Assembly (NCBI GenBank): GCA_045577075.1 | Contig: JAZNHR010000025.1 | Location: 65,136 to 129,135 of the forward strand | DNA from: Clostridia bacterium | GTDB lineage: Bacteria > Bacillota > Clostridia > UMGS1883 > UMGS1540 | DNA: 64,000 bases | Direction: 5' to 3' | Shown: positions 40,474 to 53,381 of the stretch, piece by piece | Numbering within the stretch: position 1 is the first letter of the stretch | Layout of the letters: each line of letters begins with the position of its first letter | Position numbers and translations under genes: made by a program | The notes under the pieces: model-generated | What the model saw: only the letters and a program-made list of their open reading frames with translations | The model's database searches: none | Told to the model about the DNA's origin: nothing

Positions 40474-41805
40474 ATGAAAAAGGCACTTAGTATAGCTTTA
40501 GCCGCTGTTATGACATTAACGCTGGCTACAGGCTGTAAGAAGCAAAGCTCCACTGTTGACGAACAGGGAAGAACCAAGTTGCTCATCGGCTTGCCCGGCG
40601 GTGATGGTGTTACTGCAATGAAGGTTGTAGAAAACTTCAAAGCTGCAAATGCCGATAAGTACGTAATCACCACAGATGAAGGCGCATGGGGCGACTTCAC
40701 GAAGAAGGTTAAGCTGCAGATTGTTGCAAAAGAAGATGTAACTCCTGTTTTCTTCTCTGACTCCGAACAGATTATGTCTTTCGGTTCCCAGGGCGCAGCA
40801 GAAGACCTTAAGGGCTGGATTGACAGCACACTTGATACAGAAAAATACAATTCTGCTCTGTATGCTGTGACGGATACGTTTACAAATCCCGGCACAGAAT
40901 ACGTTTGGGGTGTTCCCCATGCAATGAACTCCGTTGCAATCATTTACAACAAGGATATCTTTGATGAAAAGGGCATTGCCTATCCCACAGATGACTGGAC
41001 ATGGCAGGAAATGCTTGACCTCGCTTCAAAGCTTACCTTCGACCGCGATGGCGACGGCCAGACGGATGTTTGGGGCATTGACTACTACCATAACAATACA
41101 CAGGGCTGGCTGCCGTTCATGGCTGCAGTGGGTGTAAGTCCCTATAAAGATAACTTCAGAAACTCCAACCTGGATGACCCGAAGGTTCTGGAAGCAATGC
41201 AGAAGATGCGTAGCTGTGTAGAAAACGGTTCCTTGATTCCGGACTCTGACCGTCAGTCTCTGGGTGGTGCCGCAATGGCTTTTGCAGAAGGCAGAGTTGC
41301 CATGTCTCTTATAATGTATTCCTCCATTGCGCAGATTAACACCTTTAACCCCGACCTTAACTACGATGCAGTTATCATGCCGATTGGCTGGAACGGCGAA
41401 CGTACCTGCGTTTATGTACCGAACTGCTGGATGATTTACAGCGGCGCAGAAGATAACGTAAAGGCAGCTGCTAAGGATTGGCTTGCTTACTACCTTAGCG
41501 AAGAAGCACAGATGATTAACGCTACAGAATGCCCCTCCGGCTTCCCGGTTATGAAGGCTGCTCTGGATGTTGCGGGTAAAGACAAGAAGCCCGTTTCTAC
41601 CGATGCTTTCTATAAGGGTATTGACGAGCATGGTATGACCATTCTCGAAAACCCCGCATCTGCTACCTCTGTTCCCATTCTGAATGGTGTTGCTTCTGTT
41701 GCAAAGACTCCCGATAAGCATCCGGATCTTAAAGCAGCCATCATGGAAAGATATGAAAAGCATCAGGCCGAACTCGATTTCTACTACGAAAACCTCGGCC
41801 AGTAA
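40474..41805 (+). CDS. ABC transporter extracellular solute-binding lipoprotein (family 1, carbohydrate-type)
   Basis: Lipobox LTLATGCKK; 443 aa, the size of a sugar-binding protein. AGGAGG RBS. No permease or ATPase gene follows. Confidence 0.75.
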   Translation: MKKALSIALAAVMTLTLATGCKKQSSTVDEQGRTKLLIGLPGGDGVTAMKVVENFKAANADKYVITTDEGAWGDFTKKVKLQIVAKEDVTPVFFSDSEQIMSFGSQGAAEDLKGWIDSTLDTEKYNSALYAVTDTFTNPGTEYVWGVPHAMNSVAIIYNKDIFDEKGIAYPTDDWTWQEMLDLASKLTFDRDGDGQTDVWGIDYYHNNTQGWLPFMAAVGVSPYKDNFRNSNLDDPKVLEAMQKMRSCVENGSLIPDSDRQSLGGAAMAFAEGRVAMSLIMYSSIAQINTFNPDLNYDAVIMPIGWNGERTCVYVPNCWMIYSGAEDNVKAAAKDWLAYYLSEEAQMINATECPSGFPVMKAALDVAGKDKKPVSTDAFYKGIDEHGMTILENPASATSVPILNGVASVAKTPDKHPDLKAAIMERYEKHQAELDFYYENLGQ

Positions 41806-41825
41806 GTTTTAGCTTACACACCAAA

Positions 41826-41851
41826 GTCCCGCACAAATGTGCGGGACTTTT
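41826..41851 (+). terminator. rho-independent terminator
   Basis: GTCCCGCACAAATGTGCGGGAC hairpin followed by TTTTC. Confidence 0.65.
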
Positions 41852-41962
41852 CATGTTGTATCAAAATAACGCTCGTTCCTTTCTCCCGAGGACACGCACA
41901 AACATATCTCTTTTCTCATAGAATAAAATATATTATTTTATGCGGATGGAGGGGCAAGGGTC

Positions 41963-42658
41963 GTGTGGTTATATGTTTTAGAGTTGTTATTCCGGAATGT
42001 GTGTATGGTTTCCTACGTGAGCCAGCCGAGTTCGTTTCCGCGGCCGCTAACGACGGAGGAGGAAGAAACATATGCAAAACGGTGGGAAACCGGAGATGAG
42101 GAAGCCAGAAATATTTTAATAGAACACAATATGCGGCTAGTGGCACACGTGGTCAAGAAATACCAGTCAAGCGGCATGGATAATGACGACCTGATTTCCA
42201 TCGGGACTGTGGGGCTTATCAAAGCTGTCAATACATATAACAGTGAGAAGAAAAGCAGGCTTGCCACCTATGCCGCCCGTTGTATTGAAAACGAAGTGCT
42301 GATGGTACTGCGTGCAAACCGTAAACTGCAAAATGAGGTTTCTTTACAAGAACCGATAGGTTTTGACAGAGAGGGAAATGAGGTGAGTCTTTTGGATATT
42401 TTGGACAGTACCGACGAGGACATTACAGAAAAACTGGACCTTAAATATCGAGTGAAAAAGCTCTACGACGCTATGCGGCAAACCCTGAGACCTCGGGAAA
42501 AACGGGTGCTTTGTATGCGGTACGGGCTTGGAAACTGCGAAGAGGAGACGCAGAAAGAAATTGCCAAAACCCTCGGCATTTCCCGTTCCTACGTCAGCCG
42601 TATCGAAAAGAAAGCCATGCAGAAGCTTATGGAAGCATTAAAACCATTGGAAAGTTAA
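41963..42658 (+). CDS. sigK: RNA polymerase sporulation sigma factor sigma-K, pro-form with N-terminal pro-sequence, uninterrupted
   Basis: LELLFRNVCMVSYVSQPSSFPRPLT matches the pro-sigma-K processing region of Bacillus/Clostridium (..VSYVKNNAFPQPLS..). Regions 2 and 4 are present. The likely start is the GTG at 41963 with a GGAGGGG RBS; an internal ATG at 42005 would remove the pro-sequence. Confidence 0.8.
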   Translation: MWLYVLELLFRNVCMVSYVSQPSSFPRPLTTEEEETYAKRWETGDEEARNILIEHNMRLVAHVVKKYQSSGMDNDDLISIGTVGLIKAVNTYNSEKKSRLATYAARCIENEVLMVLRANRKLQNEVSLQEPIGFDREGNEVSLLDILDSTDEDITEKLDLKYRVKKLYDAMRQTLRPREKRVLCMRYGLGNCEEETQKEIAKTLGISRSYVSRIEKKAMQKLMEALKPLES

Positions 42659-42697
42659 AAAGCAGGCATCGACAAAACTGTCGATGCCTGCTTTTGT
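42658..42697. terminator. bidirectional rho-independent terminator between sigK (+) and the MGMT-like gene (-)
   Basis: AGCAGGCATCGACAAAACTGTCGATGCCTGCT perfect hairpin flanked by AAA and TTTTGTT. Confidence 0.7.
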
Positions 42698-42717
42698 TAA
42701 GAATTAGTTTTTTCATA

Positions 42718-43038
42718 TCACAGTTTAGGTGCGGGATTCCATCGGTAAACAGAAAGGTCAACTTTTCCATCTTCTACGTGCACGCCTTCCTCTCGCAGCA
42801 GGCTAATTTGTATATTTCCGCCGCCGAAAGCAAAAGCGGAAGAAACAGCACCTTCGCGGTTTACCACGCGGTGACAGGGAATGGAACCAGGGTCCGGGTT
42901 TACATGGAGGGCATAACCGACAACCCTTGCCCATCTGGGATTGCCGGCAAGGGCGGCAATTTGTCCATAGGTTGCCACCTTGCCTTTTGGAATACGCTGA
43001 ACAATTTCGTAAATACGTGAAAAAACAGTTTTATGCAT
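42718..43038 (-). CDS. MGMT-family protein, DNA-binding/active-site domain only (O6-alkylguanine-DNA alkyltransferase C-terminal-domain-like)
   Basis: The PCHRV active-site signature and an HTH (YGQIAALAGNP) in a 106 aa protein with no N-terminal domain. Confidence 0.7.
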   Translation of the reverse strand: MHKTVFSRIYEIVQRIPKGKVATYGQIAALAGNPRWARVVGYALHVNPDPGSIPCHRVVNREGAVSSAFAFGGGNIQISLLREEGVHVEDGKVDLSVYRWNPAPKL

Positions 43039-44074
43039 TTTCTACCTCCAAAAACATACGAAAGGCCGTGGGCAGCGCAATTTCATTTTCTAAATCTTCC
43101 CGTTTTGCCCAAACAAACCGGTCCGTCATCTGGCGGCACGGAATAAAATAGCAAGTCATGTGCCATTCTACATGGGTAAAAATATGCACACGTTTTTGTG
43201 CGCGTATGGGAGCTTGCGGCATGAGTCCAAAGCCAGAGGCTTCGCTAACCGCCTCCCCCGCAGAAAGTGTGCCTTCTATGTTCGGAAACTCCCACAGTCC
43301 TGCCAAAAGACCGCTGCTACTCCGTTTCTGTACTGCAATTTTTTCCCCGACCATAAAAAAGAAAACTGTTTTTTCCTCTATGCGGCGTGCTTTCTTCGGC
43401 GTTTTTTTAGGCAGGGAAGAAGCAGTGCTGTGTTTTTTGGCGAGGCAAATGTCAGCAAGAGGACACACTGCGCACCGGGGGGATTTCGGGATACATACCA
43501 TGGCACCAAGCTCCATGAGGCTCTGGGTAAAGTCGCCGCATCGGCCTTTGGGGTAAACCGCGCGGAGTGCTTCCGTTACTTCAGTTTTCACTGTCGGTAA
43601 ATCGATGGGTGCGTCCGAATTGGTAATTCGTGCCGAAACGCGGAGCACATTGCCGTCTACTGCCGGTGTGGGCTGCTCAAAACAAATCGAGGAAATGGCA
43701 CCAGCTGTATAGGCACCTACGCCGGGGAGTGCCAGAATTTCTTTATAAGAAGAAGGAAACTTGCCGTCAAGTTCTGTCATGATTTTTTGCGCCGCCTTTT
43801 GCAGATTGCGGGCACGGCTGTAATATCCAAGTCCTTCCCATTGTTTCAGGACTGCATCTGTGTCTGCTGCGGCTAAGGCTGCAATGTCAGGGAAAGTTTC
43901 CACAAACCGTAGAAAATAGCCACGCGCCGCTTCCACACGGGTTTGTTGTAGCATGATTTCCGAGAGCCAAACACGATATGGAGTTTTATCCTCCCGCCAG
44001 GGAAGTGCCCGTGCGTTTTCGGAAAACCACGGCAAAAGGCGGGAAGGAAGTGCTTTGAATATGTTCGCTACCAT
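43031..44074 (-). CDS. mutY: A/G-specific adenine DNA glycosylase
   Basis: HhH-GPD LPGVGAYTAGAI, a 4Fe-4S cluster loop C-x6-C-x2-C-x5-C, and a C-terminal NUDIX-like domain. An AAAGGGG RBS precedes the ATG at 44074; the track start is further upstream. Confidence 0.85.
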   Translation of the reverse strand: MVANIFKALPSRLLPWFSENARALPWREDKTPYRVWLSEIMLQQTRVEAARGYFLRFVETFPDIAALAAADTDAVLKQWEGLGYYSRARNLQKAAQKIMTELDGKFPSSYKEILALPGVGAYTAGAISSICFEQPTPAVDGNVLRVSARITNSDAPIDLPTVKTEVTEALRAVYPKGRCGDFTQSLMELGAMVCIPKSPRCAVCPLADICLAKKHSTASSLPKKTPKKARRIEEKTVFFFMVGEKIAVQKRSSSGLLAGLWEFPNIEGTLSAGEAVSEASGFGLMPQAPIRAQKRVHIFTHVEWHMTCYFIPCRQMTDRFVWAKREDLENEIALPTAFRMFLEVENA

Positions 44075-44224
44075 TAAGAAGCCCCTTTCCGGAAAAAGCC
44101 TTTCCATAGTATAATGCAGTATATCATTTTTACTGCCGAAAGTCAAGGGACAGAAAATGGATTCGGGGTACAAAGCAATAGTGCAATTTTTTATAAAAAA
44201 AGCAAAAAATATTCAATTTTATTC

Positions 44225-44253
44225 TTGACAAGCCCAAAAATTTGTGGTACAAT
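44225..44253 (+). promoter_or_regulatory. strong sigma-A-type promoter for rpoB-rpoC
   Basis: TTGACA at 44225-44230, a 17 nt spacer, and an extended -10 TGGTACAAT at 44248-44253. It is followed by a 5' leader of about 145 nt. Confidence 0.55.
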
Positions 44254-44396
44254 ACTAATCTGCATTATAAGAATGGATAATTATGCATATTTGAAAGGAC
44301 AAAGGTGTTGGATTTAACCGCAAAGAAGCGCGTTTTTTCCTTTCAAATTCTGGCATTTTTTCAGAATATTTGTAATTTTAAAATGAGGTGAGATTT

Positions 44397-48143
<3,747 letters not shown>

Positions 48144-48225
48144 GACGTTTCCCAAAATGCAAGGGAATGTTTATCGGATGCGGCAAAAACTTGCTGCAAT
48201 AATATAGAAAGGGACGGTGCGACAA

Positions 48226-51200
48226 ATGTTGGAATTTAATACGTTTGATGCCATACAGATTGGGCTGGCTTCACCGGAGAAAATCCGCGAGTGGTCCAGA
48301 GGAGAAGTAAAGAAGCCGGAAACAATCAACTATCGCACACTCAAGCCTGAAAGGGATGGACTCTTTTGTGAGCGTATTTTCGGTCCGACAAAGGACTGGG
48401 AATGTCATTGCGGTAAATACAAGAGGATTCGTTTTAAAGGCATTGTCTGTGACCGATGCGGGGTTGAAGTTACCCGTGCGAAGGTACGCCGTGAAAGAAT
48501 GGGTCACATTGAGCTTGCGGCACCTGTAAGCCATATTTGGTACTTTAAGGGTAGCCCCAGCCGTCTGGCACTGATGCTGAATATTTCGCCCAGCGAAGTG
48601 GAAAAGGTTTTATACTTCGCCGCTTATATCGTTATTGACCCGGGCAAGGCATCAGAACTTGAAAAAACCCAGATTTTAACAGAAAAAGAATATAGAGAAC
48701 TGCAGGAAAAGTACGGTGATGTTTTCCGCGCAGCCATGGGTGCAGAAGCTATCCGCGAACTGCTTGCGGAAATTGACCTTGACCAGCTTGCAGAAGAACT
48801 GCGCGCAGAAGTGGAAGACGCACAGGGACAGAAGAAAATCCGTCTTGTAAAGCGACTGGAGGTTGTAGAGGCCTTCCGTTCTTCCGGCAATCGTCCCGAG
48901 TGGATGATTCTGGAAGCCATTCCCGTCATTCCGCCGGAAATCCGCCCGCTCGTACAGCTGGACGGCGGCCGTTTTGCGACCTCTGACCTCAATGACCTTT
49001 ACCGTCGTGTCATTAACAGAAATAACCGTCTCAAGAGACTTTTAGATTTAAATGCACCGGATATTATTGTCCGGAACGAAAAGAGAATGCTGCAGGAAGC
49101 CGTTGACGCCCTTATCGATAACGGCCGCCGTGGAAGACCTGTTACAGGCCCCGGTAACCGTGCACTGAAATCTCTTTCCGATATGCTTAAAGGTAAGCAG
49201 GGTCGCTTCCGTCAGAACCTTCTCGGTAAGCGTGTTGACTACTCCGGCCGTTCGGTTATCGTTGTCGGCCCGGAACTGAAGATTTATCAGTGTGGTCTCC
49301 CGAAGGAAATGGCGTTGGAGCTTTTCAAGCCCTTTGTTATGAAAAAGCTTGTCATGGGTGGATATGCCCATAACATAAAGAGTGCAAAGCGCATGGTAGA
49401 ACGTGTTCGTTCCGAGGTTTGGGACGTTCTCGAGGATGTCATCAAAGAACATCCCGTTCTCTTAAACCGTGCTCCTACCCTGCACAGACTCGGTATTCAG
49501 GCATTCGAACCCGTATTGGTTGAAGGCAGAGCCTTAAAACTTCATCCCCTCGTATGCTCCGCGTTTAACGCTGACTTCGACGGTGACCAGATGGCGGTAC
49601 ACGTACCCCTTTCTCCCGAAGCACAGAGCGAAGCACGCTTCCTCATGCTGTCTGCCAACAACCTCTTAAAGCCCCAGGATGGTAAGCCTGTTACCACACC
49701 GACCCAGGACATGGTTTTGGGCAGCTATTACCTGACGCTTGTCAAGGATGATGAGCCGGGCACAGGCAAGGCATTCTCGAACTTTGAGGAAGCAAAGCTT
49801 GCATATAACAACGGCGTTATCGGTCTGCACGCACCCATTCGCGTTCGCAACGAAAAAGAAATTGACGGCGAAAAGGTGTCCGGCATTATCGAAACGACCG
49901 TAGGCCGCATCATCTTTAACGAAAATATTCCCCAGGACCTTGGCTTTGTAGACCGTACAAAGGCCGAAAACGTGCTGAAGCTGGAAGTCGAATTCCTAGC
50001 AGGCAAGAGTGCACTTGGAAAAATTATCGATAAGTGCATTAAAAAGCACGGTATTACAGAAACTGCAATTCTTCTGGATAAAATTAAAGCAATGGGATAT
50101 AAATACTCCACGAGAGGTGCTATCACCATTAGCGTTTCCGACATGAAGGTGCCGGAAGAAAAGAAGGATATTCTTTCAAATGCAGAAGTGGCAGTTGATA
50201 AGATTGAAGCCCAGTTCCGTCGCGGTATTTTAACAGACGAAGAGCGCTACGCCGGTGTTATTAAAACCTGGGAAGGCGCAGTGTCCGACGTTACGGATGC
50301 CCTGATGAAAGGTCTCGATAAGTACAACCCGATTTACATGATGGCTGACTCCGGTGCTCGTGGTAGCGTTAACCAGATTCGTCAGCTCGTCGGTATGCGC
50401 GGTCTTATGGCAGATACCCAGGGCCGTACCATCGAGGTTCCCATTCGTGCAAACTTCCGCGAAGGTCTGAACATTTTGGAATACTTTATTTCCACGCACG
50501 GTGCCCGTAAGGGTCTTGCCGATACGGCTATTCGTACCGCTGACTCCGGATATCTTACAAGACGCCTTGTTGACGTCAGCCAGGATGTTATCATCCGCGA
50601 AGATGACTGTGGTACACACGAAGGCATCACGGTTTCTGCCATTAAAGACGGCAACGCAGTTATCGAGCCGCTTTACGAAAGACTTGTCGGCCGCGTACCC
50701 ACCAAGGACGTTGTCCATCCCGAAACGGGCGAAGTACTGGCAGAAGAAGGCAAGCTTATCAGCGAAGCCGCTGCCCATGCTATCGAAGATGCAGGCATCC
50801 TCGAAGTGGAAATCCGCAGCGTACTCCATTGCCATGCAAAAATCGGCGTCTGTGCAAAGTGCTACGGCGCAAACCTTGCAAGCGGCGACCGGGTAAACGT
50901 CGGCGAAGCGGTTGGTATTATTGCCGCCCAGTCCATCGGTGAACCGGGTACACAGCTTACCATGAGAACGTTCCATACGGGCGGTGTTGCCGGTGGCGAC
51001 ATTACCCAGGGTCTTCCCCGTGTTGTTGAACTTTTCGAAGCCAGAACACCGAAGGGCCTTGCAGTTCTCTCTGAAAACGGCGGTACCGTTCACATTGATG
51101 AAACCAAGAAAAAACGTGAAATTACGATTACAGACGATAAAGAAGGCGACAGCCGCACCTACCTCATCACCTACGGCTCTAAGCTTAAGGTGGCAGAGGG

Positions 51201-51774
51201 CGATGTAGTAAAGCCGGGCACAGCCCTTACCGAAGGCTCCTTGAATCCCCACGACCTTCTCCGTATCAGCGGCGCCGCGGCGGTACAGCAGTATATTATT
51301 CAGGAAGTACAGCGTGTATACCGTCAACAGGGTGTTGATATTTCCGATAAGCACATCGAGGTAATTGTTCGCCAGATGATGAAGAAGGTAAAGATTACCG
51401 AATCCGGCACCAGCGATTTCCTCATGGGTACGCTTGAGGATAGACTGACATTGGAAGAAATCTGCAAGAATGCAGAAGCGGAAGGCAAGGCCGCCCCGGA
51501 ATACGAGGATATTCTTCTCGGTATTACCAAGGCATCCCTTGCAACCGATTCCTTCCTGTCCGCCGCTTCCTTCCAGGAAACCACCCGCGTTCTGACCGAT
51601 GCGGCGATCAAAGGTAAGATTGACCCGCTGCTTGGTCTTAAGGAAAACGTTATTATCGGTAAGCTGATTCCGGCCGGTACCGGTATGGCAAGATACAGAG
51701 ACGTATCCGTAGAGCCAAAGGCAGAAAACGATTTATTTGACAGTATGGATGCAAATTATCTTGACATGCGCTAA
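48226..51774 (+). CDS. rpoC: DNA-directed RNA polymerase subunit beta'
   Basis: Zinc finger [23 protein letters not shown] and the NADFDGD catalytic motif. Start taken at the ATG at 48226; the track start 48217 is a GTG. Confidence 0.95.
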   Translation: MLEFNTFDAIQIGLASPEKIREWSRGEVKKPETINYRTLKPERDGLFCERIFGPTKDWECHCGKYKRIRFKGIVCDRCGVEVTRAKVRRERMGHIELAAPVSHIWYFKGSPSRLALMLNISPSEVEKVLYFAAYIVIDPGKASELEKTQILTEKEYRELQEKYGDVFRAAMGAEAIRELLAEIDLDQLAEELRAEVEDAQGQKKIRLVKRLEVVEAFRSSGNRPEWMILEAIPVIPPEIRPLVQLDGGRFATSDLNDLYRRVINRNNRLKRLLDLNAPDIIVRNEKRMLQEAVDALIDNGRRGRPVTGPGNRALKSLSDMLKGKQGRFRQNLLGKRVDYSGRSVIVVGPELKIYQCGLPKEMALELFKPFVMKKLVMGGYAHNIKSAKRMVERVRSEVWDVLEDVIKEHPVLLNRAPTLHRLGIQAFEPVLVEGRALKLHPLVCSAFNADFDGDQMAVHVPLSPEAQSEARFLMLSANNLLKPQDGKPVTTPTQDMVLGSYYLTLVKDDEPGTGKAFSNFEEAKLAYNNGVIGLHAPIRVRNEKEIDGEKVSGIIETTVGRIIFNENIPQDLGFVDRTKAENVLKLEVEFLAGKSALGKIIDKCIKKHGITETAILLDKIKAMGYKYSTRGAITISVSDMKVPEEKKDILSNAEVAVDKIEAQFRRGILTDEERYAGVIKTWEGAVSDVTDALMKGLDKYNPIYMMADSGARGSVNQIRQLVGMRGLMADTQGRTIEVPIRANFREGLNILEYFISTHGARKGLADTAIRTADSGYLTRRLVDVSQDVIIREDDCGTHEGITVSAIKDGNAVIEPLYERLVGRVPTKDVVHPETGEVLAEEGKLISEAAAHAIEDAGILEVEIRSVLHCHAKIGVCAKCYGANLASGDRVNVGEAVGIIAAQSIGEPGTQLTMRTFHTGGVAGGDITQGLPRVVELFEARTPKGLAVLSENGGTVHIDETKKKREITITDDKEGDSRTYLITYGSKLKVAEGDVVKPGTALTEGSLNPHDLLRISGAAAVQQYIIQEVQRVYRQQGVDISDKHIEVIVRQMMKKVKITESGTSDFLMGTLEDRLTLEEICKNAEAEGKAAPEYEDILLGITKASLATDSFLSAASFQETTRVLTDAAIKGKIDPLLGLKENVIIGKLIPAGTGMARYRDVSVEPKAENDLFDSMDANYLDMR

Positions 51775-51789
51775 AATTTGTGATATAAT
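51761..51789 (+). promoter_or_regulatory. sigma-A-type promoter for the L7Ae-rpsL-rpsG-fusA-tuf (str) operon, overlapping the rpoC 3' end
   Basis: TTGACA at 51761-51766 (within the last rpoC codons), a 17 nt spacer, and an extended -10 TGATATAAT at 51781-51789. Confidence 0.55.
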
Positions 51790-51875
51790 TTCCGAATGTA
51801 TGGGATAAAACCCGGAAATTCCCGTAAAAGCGGGCTTTGGCCTTTGCGTGGCAAAGGACAGAGAAGAGGAGAATT

Positions 51876-52121
51876 ATGTTAGACGAGCTAAAAACTGACA
51901 AAAAAATTGTTGGTTTTAAACAATCTTTGAAGGCTGTTCGGGCAGGGGAAGTAACGAAAGCATTCGTGTCCATGGATGCGGATGTGCACGTGTCCACCCC
52001 GTTTGTACATGCCTGCGAGGCACAGCATGTGCCTGTTGAATACTGCGAAAGCTGTAAAGTACTTGGCGAAGCCGCGGGTATTGATGTAGGTGCGGCGGTC
52101 GCAGTTTTGGTCAAATCGTAA
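51876..52121 (+). CDS. ribosome-associated L7Ae-family protein (YbxF/L7Ae-like)
   Basis: 82 aa L7Ae fold (KQSLKAVRAGEVTKAFVSMDAD...). Its position upstream of rpsL matches Bacillus ybxF. A GAGGAG RBS precedes the ATG at 51876. Confidence 0.7.
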   Translation: MLDELKTDKKIVGFKQSLKAVRAGEVTKAFVSMDADVHVSTPFVHACEAQHVPVEYCESCKVLGEAAGIDVGAAVAVLVKS

Positions 52122-52217
52122 TCCATATGCGGCGGTAGAGTTTCTACCGCCCATAGCCATGCTATGATACGGCAAAATGCCGCTTATTATAGAATTGATA
52201 GGTAAGGAGGTGCAATG

Positions 52218-52631
52218 ATGCCAACATTTAACCAGTTAGTCCGTAAGGGCAGAGAAACCAGCGTTTCCAAGTCCACAGCACCGGCACTTTTGAAGGGCCT
52301 GAACTCTCTTAAAAAAGAGCTGACTGATCAGAATTCCCCCCAAAAGCGCGGTGTATGCACAGCTGTAAAGACAATGACGCCGAAAAAGCCGAACTCCGCA
52401 CTGCGTAAAATTGCAAGAGTACGTCTCTCTAACGGAATCGAAGTTACTTCTTACATTCCGGGTGTAGGCCACAACTTGCAGGAGCATAGCGTTGTTCTGA
52501 TTCGCGGCGGCAGAGTTAAGGACCTCCCCGGTGTGCGTTATCACATCATCAGAGGTACACTCGATACTGCAGGTGTTGCGAAGCGCGAACAGTCCAGAAG
52601 TAAGTATGGCGCAAAGAGACCCAAAAAGTAA
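52218..52631 (+). CDS. rpsL: 30S ribosomal protein S12
   Basis: [12 protein letters not shown]...[10 protein letters not shown]...GHNLQEHS motifs. Confidence 0.95.
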   Translation: MPTFNQLVRKGRETSVSKSTAPALLKGLNSLKKELTDQNSPQKRGVCTAVKTMTPKKPNSALRKIARVRLSNGIEVTSYIPGVGHNLQEHSVVLIRGGRVKDLPGVRYHIIRGTLDTAGVAKREQSRSKYGAKRPKK

Positions 52632-52633
52632 TA

Positions 52634-52690
52634 CCGCCGGAAGTGCGAAGAAAGGGACAGGATACCCTTTCGCGTGCGATGCGGTTTTTT
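52634..52690 (+). promoter_or_regulatory. structured element in the rpsL-rpsG intercistronic region (hairpin plus U6); candidate S7 autoregulatory site or attenuator
   Basis: GAAAGGG-ACAGGATA-CCCTTTC hairpin within a larger imperfect stem (CCGCCGG...CGATGCGG), then TTTTTT at 52685-52690. The spacer is 157 nt, unusually long for Firmicutes. Confidence 0.35.
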
Positions 52691-52788
52691 CGGCAGCATA
52701 GTCTGCCTATAAAATAACGCGTTGCACTAACAAAGCAAAGCTTTGAGTACCTGTGAATTCATAAATTTTAATGAAGGAGGGAAGTAAA

Positions 52789-53259
52789 GTGCCGAGAAGA
52801 GGATTTATTGCAAAAAGAGATGTTTTGCCGGACCCGCTTTACGGAGACAAAATTGTAACCCGTCTTATTAACAACATTATGCTGGATGGCAAGAAGGGTG
52901 TTGCACAGAAGATCGTATACGATGCTTTTGACATCATTCGTGAAAAGACCGGCAAAGAGCCTGTAGAAGTATTCATGCAGGCAATGGAGAACATCATGCC
53001 TGTTCTGGAGGTAAAAGCACGCCGCGTCGGTGGTGCAACTTACCAGGTACCGATGGAGGTACGCCCGGAAAGACGCCAGACCTTAGGTCTGCGCTGGCTG
53101 ACAACGTACTCCCGTGCAAGAAGTGAAAGAACAATGCGCGAACGTCTTGCAAATGAAATTTTAGATGCAACAAACAACATGGGTGCAGCTGTTAAGAAGC
53201 GTGAAGATACCCATAAGATGGCTGAAGCCAACAAAGCATTCGCTCATTACAGATGGTAG
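52789..53259 (+). CDS. rpsG: 30S ribosomal protein S7
   Basis: (M)[17 protein letters not shown]... An AAGGAGGG RBS sits 8 nt before the GTG at 52789; the track ATG at 52771 lies inside the RBS. Confidence 0.9.
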   Translation: MPRRGFIAKRDVLPDPLYGDKIVTRLINNIMLDGKKGVAQKIVYDAFDIIREKTGKEPVEVFMQAMENIMPVLEVKARRVGGATYQVPMEVRPERRQTLGLRWLTTYSRARSERTMRERLANEILDATNNMGAAVKKREDTHKMAEANKAFAHYRW

Positions 53260-53266
53260 TTTTTAT

Positions 53267-53301
53267 CGAAGCCCGTGTCCGTCGGGCATCGGGCTTCGTT
53301 T
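53267..53301 (+). promoter_or_regulatory. hairpin plus U-tract between rpsG and fusA (partial terminator/attenuator)
   Basis: CGAAGCCCG-...-CGGGCTTCG stem followed by TTTTG. Confidence 0.35.
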
Positions 53302-53381
53302 TGAAACTTACCTCGTGCAGATGCAAGGCAATAGGGTCTTGCATTGGATTTGCTTAAGTCTTGGCGAGAGGAGGAATCAGT

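Noticed and set aside
44114-44317. 67 aa ORF in the rpoB leader/promoter region
   Set aside because: It overlaps the rpoB promoter, is AT-rich and has no RBS.
50230-51354. 374 aa minus-strand ORF antisense to rpoC
   Set aside because: Embedded in rpoC; a shadow ORF.
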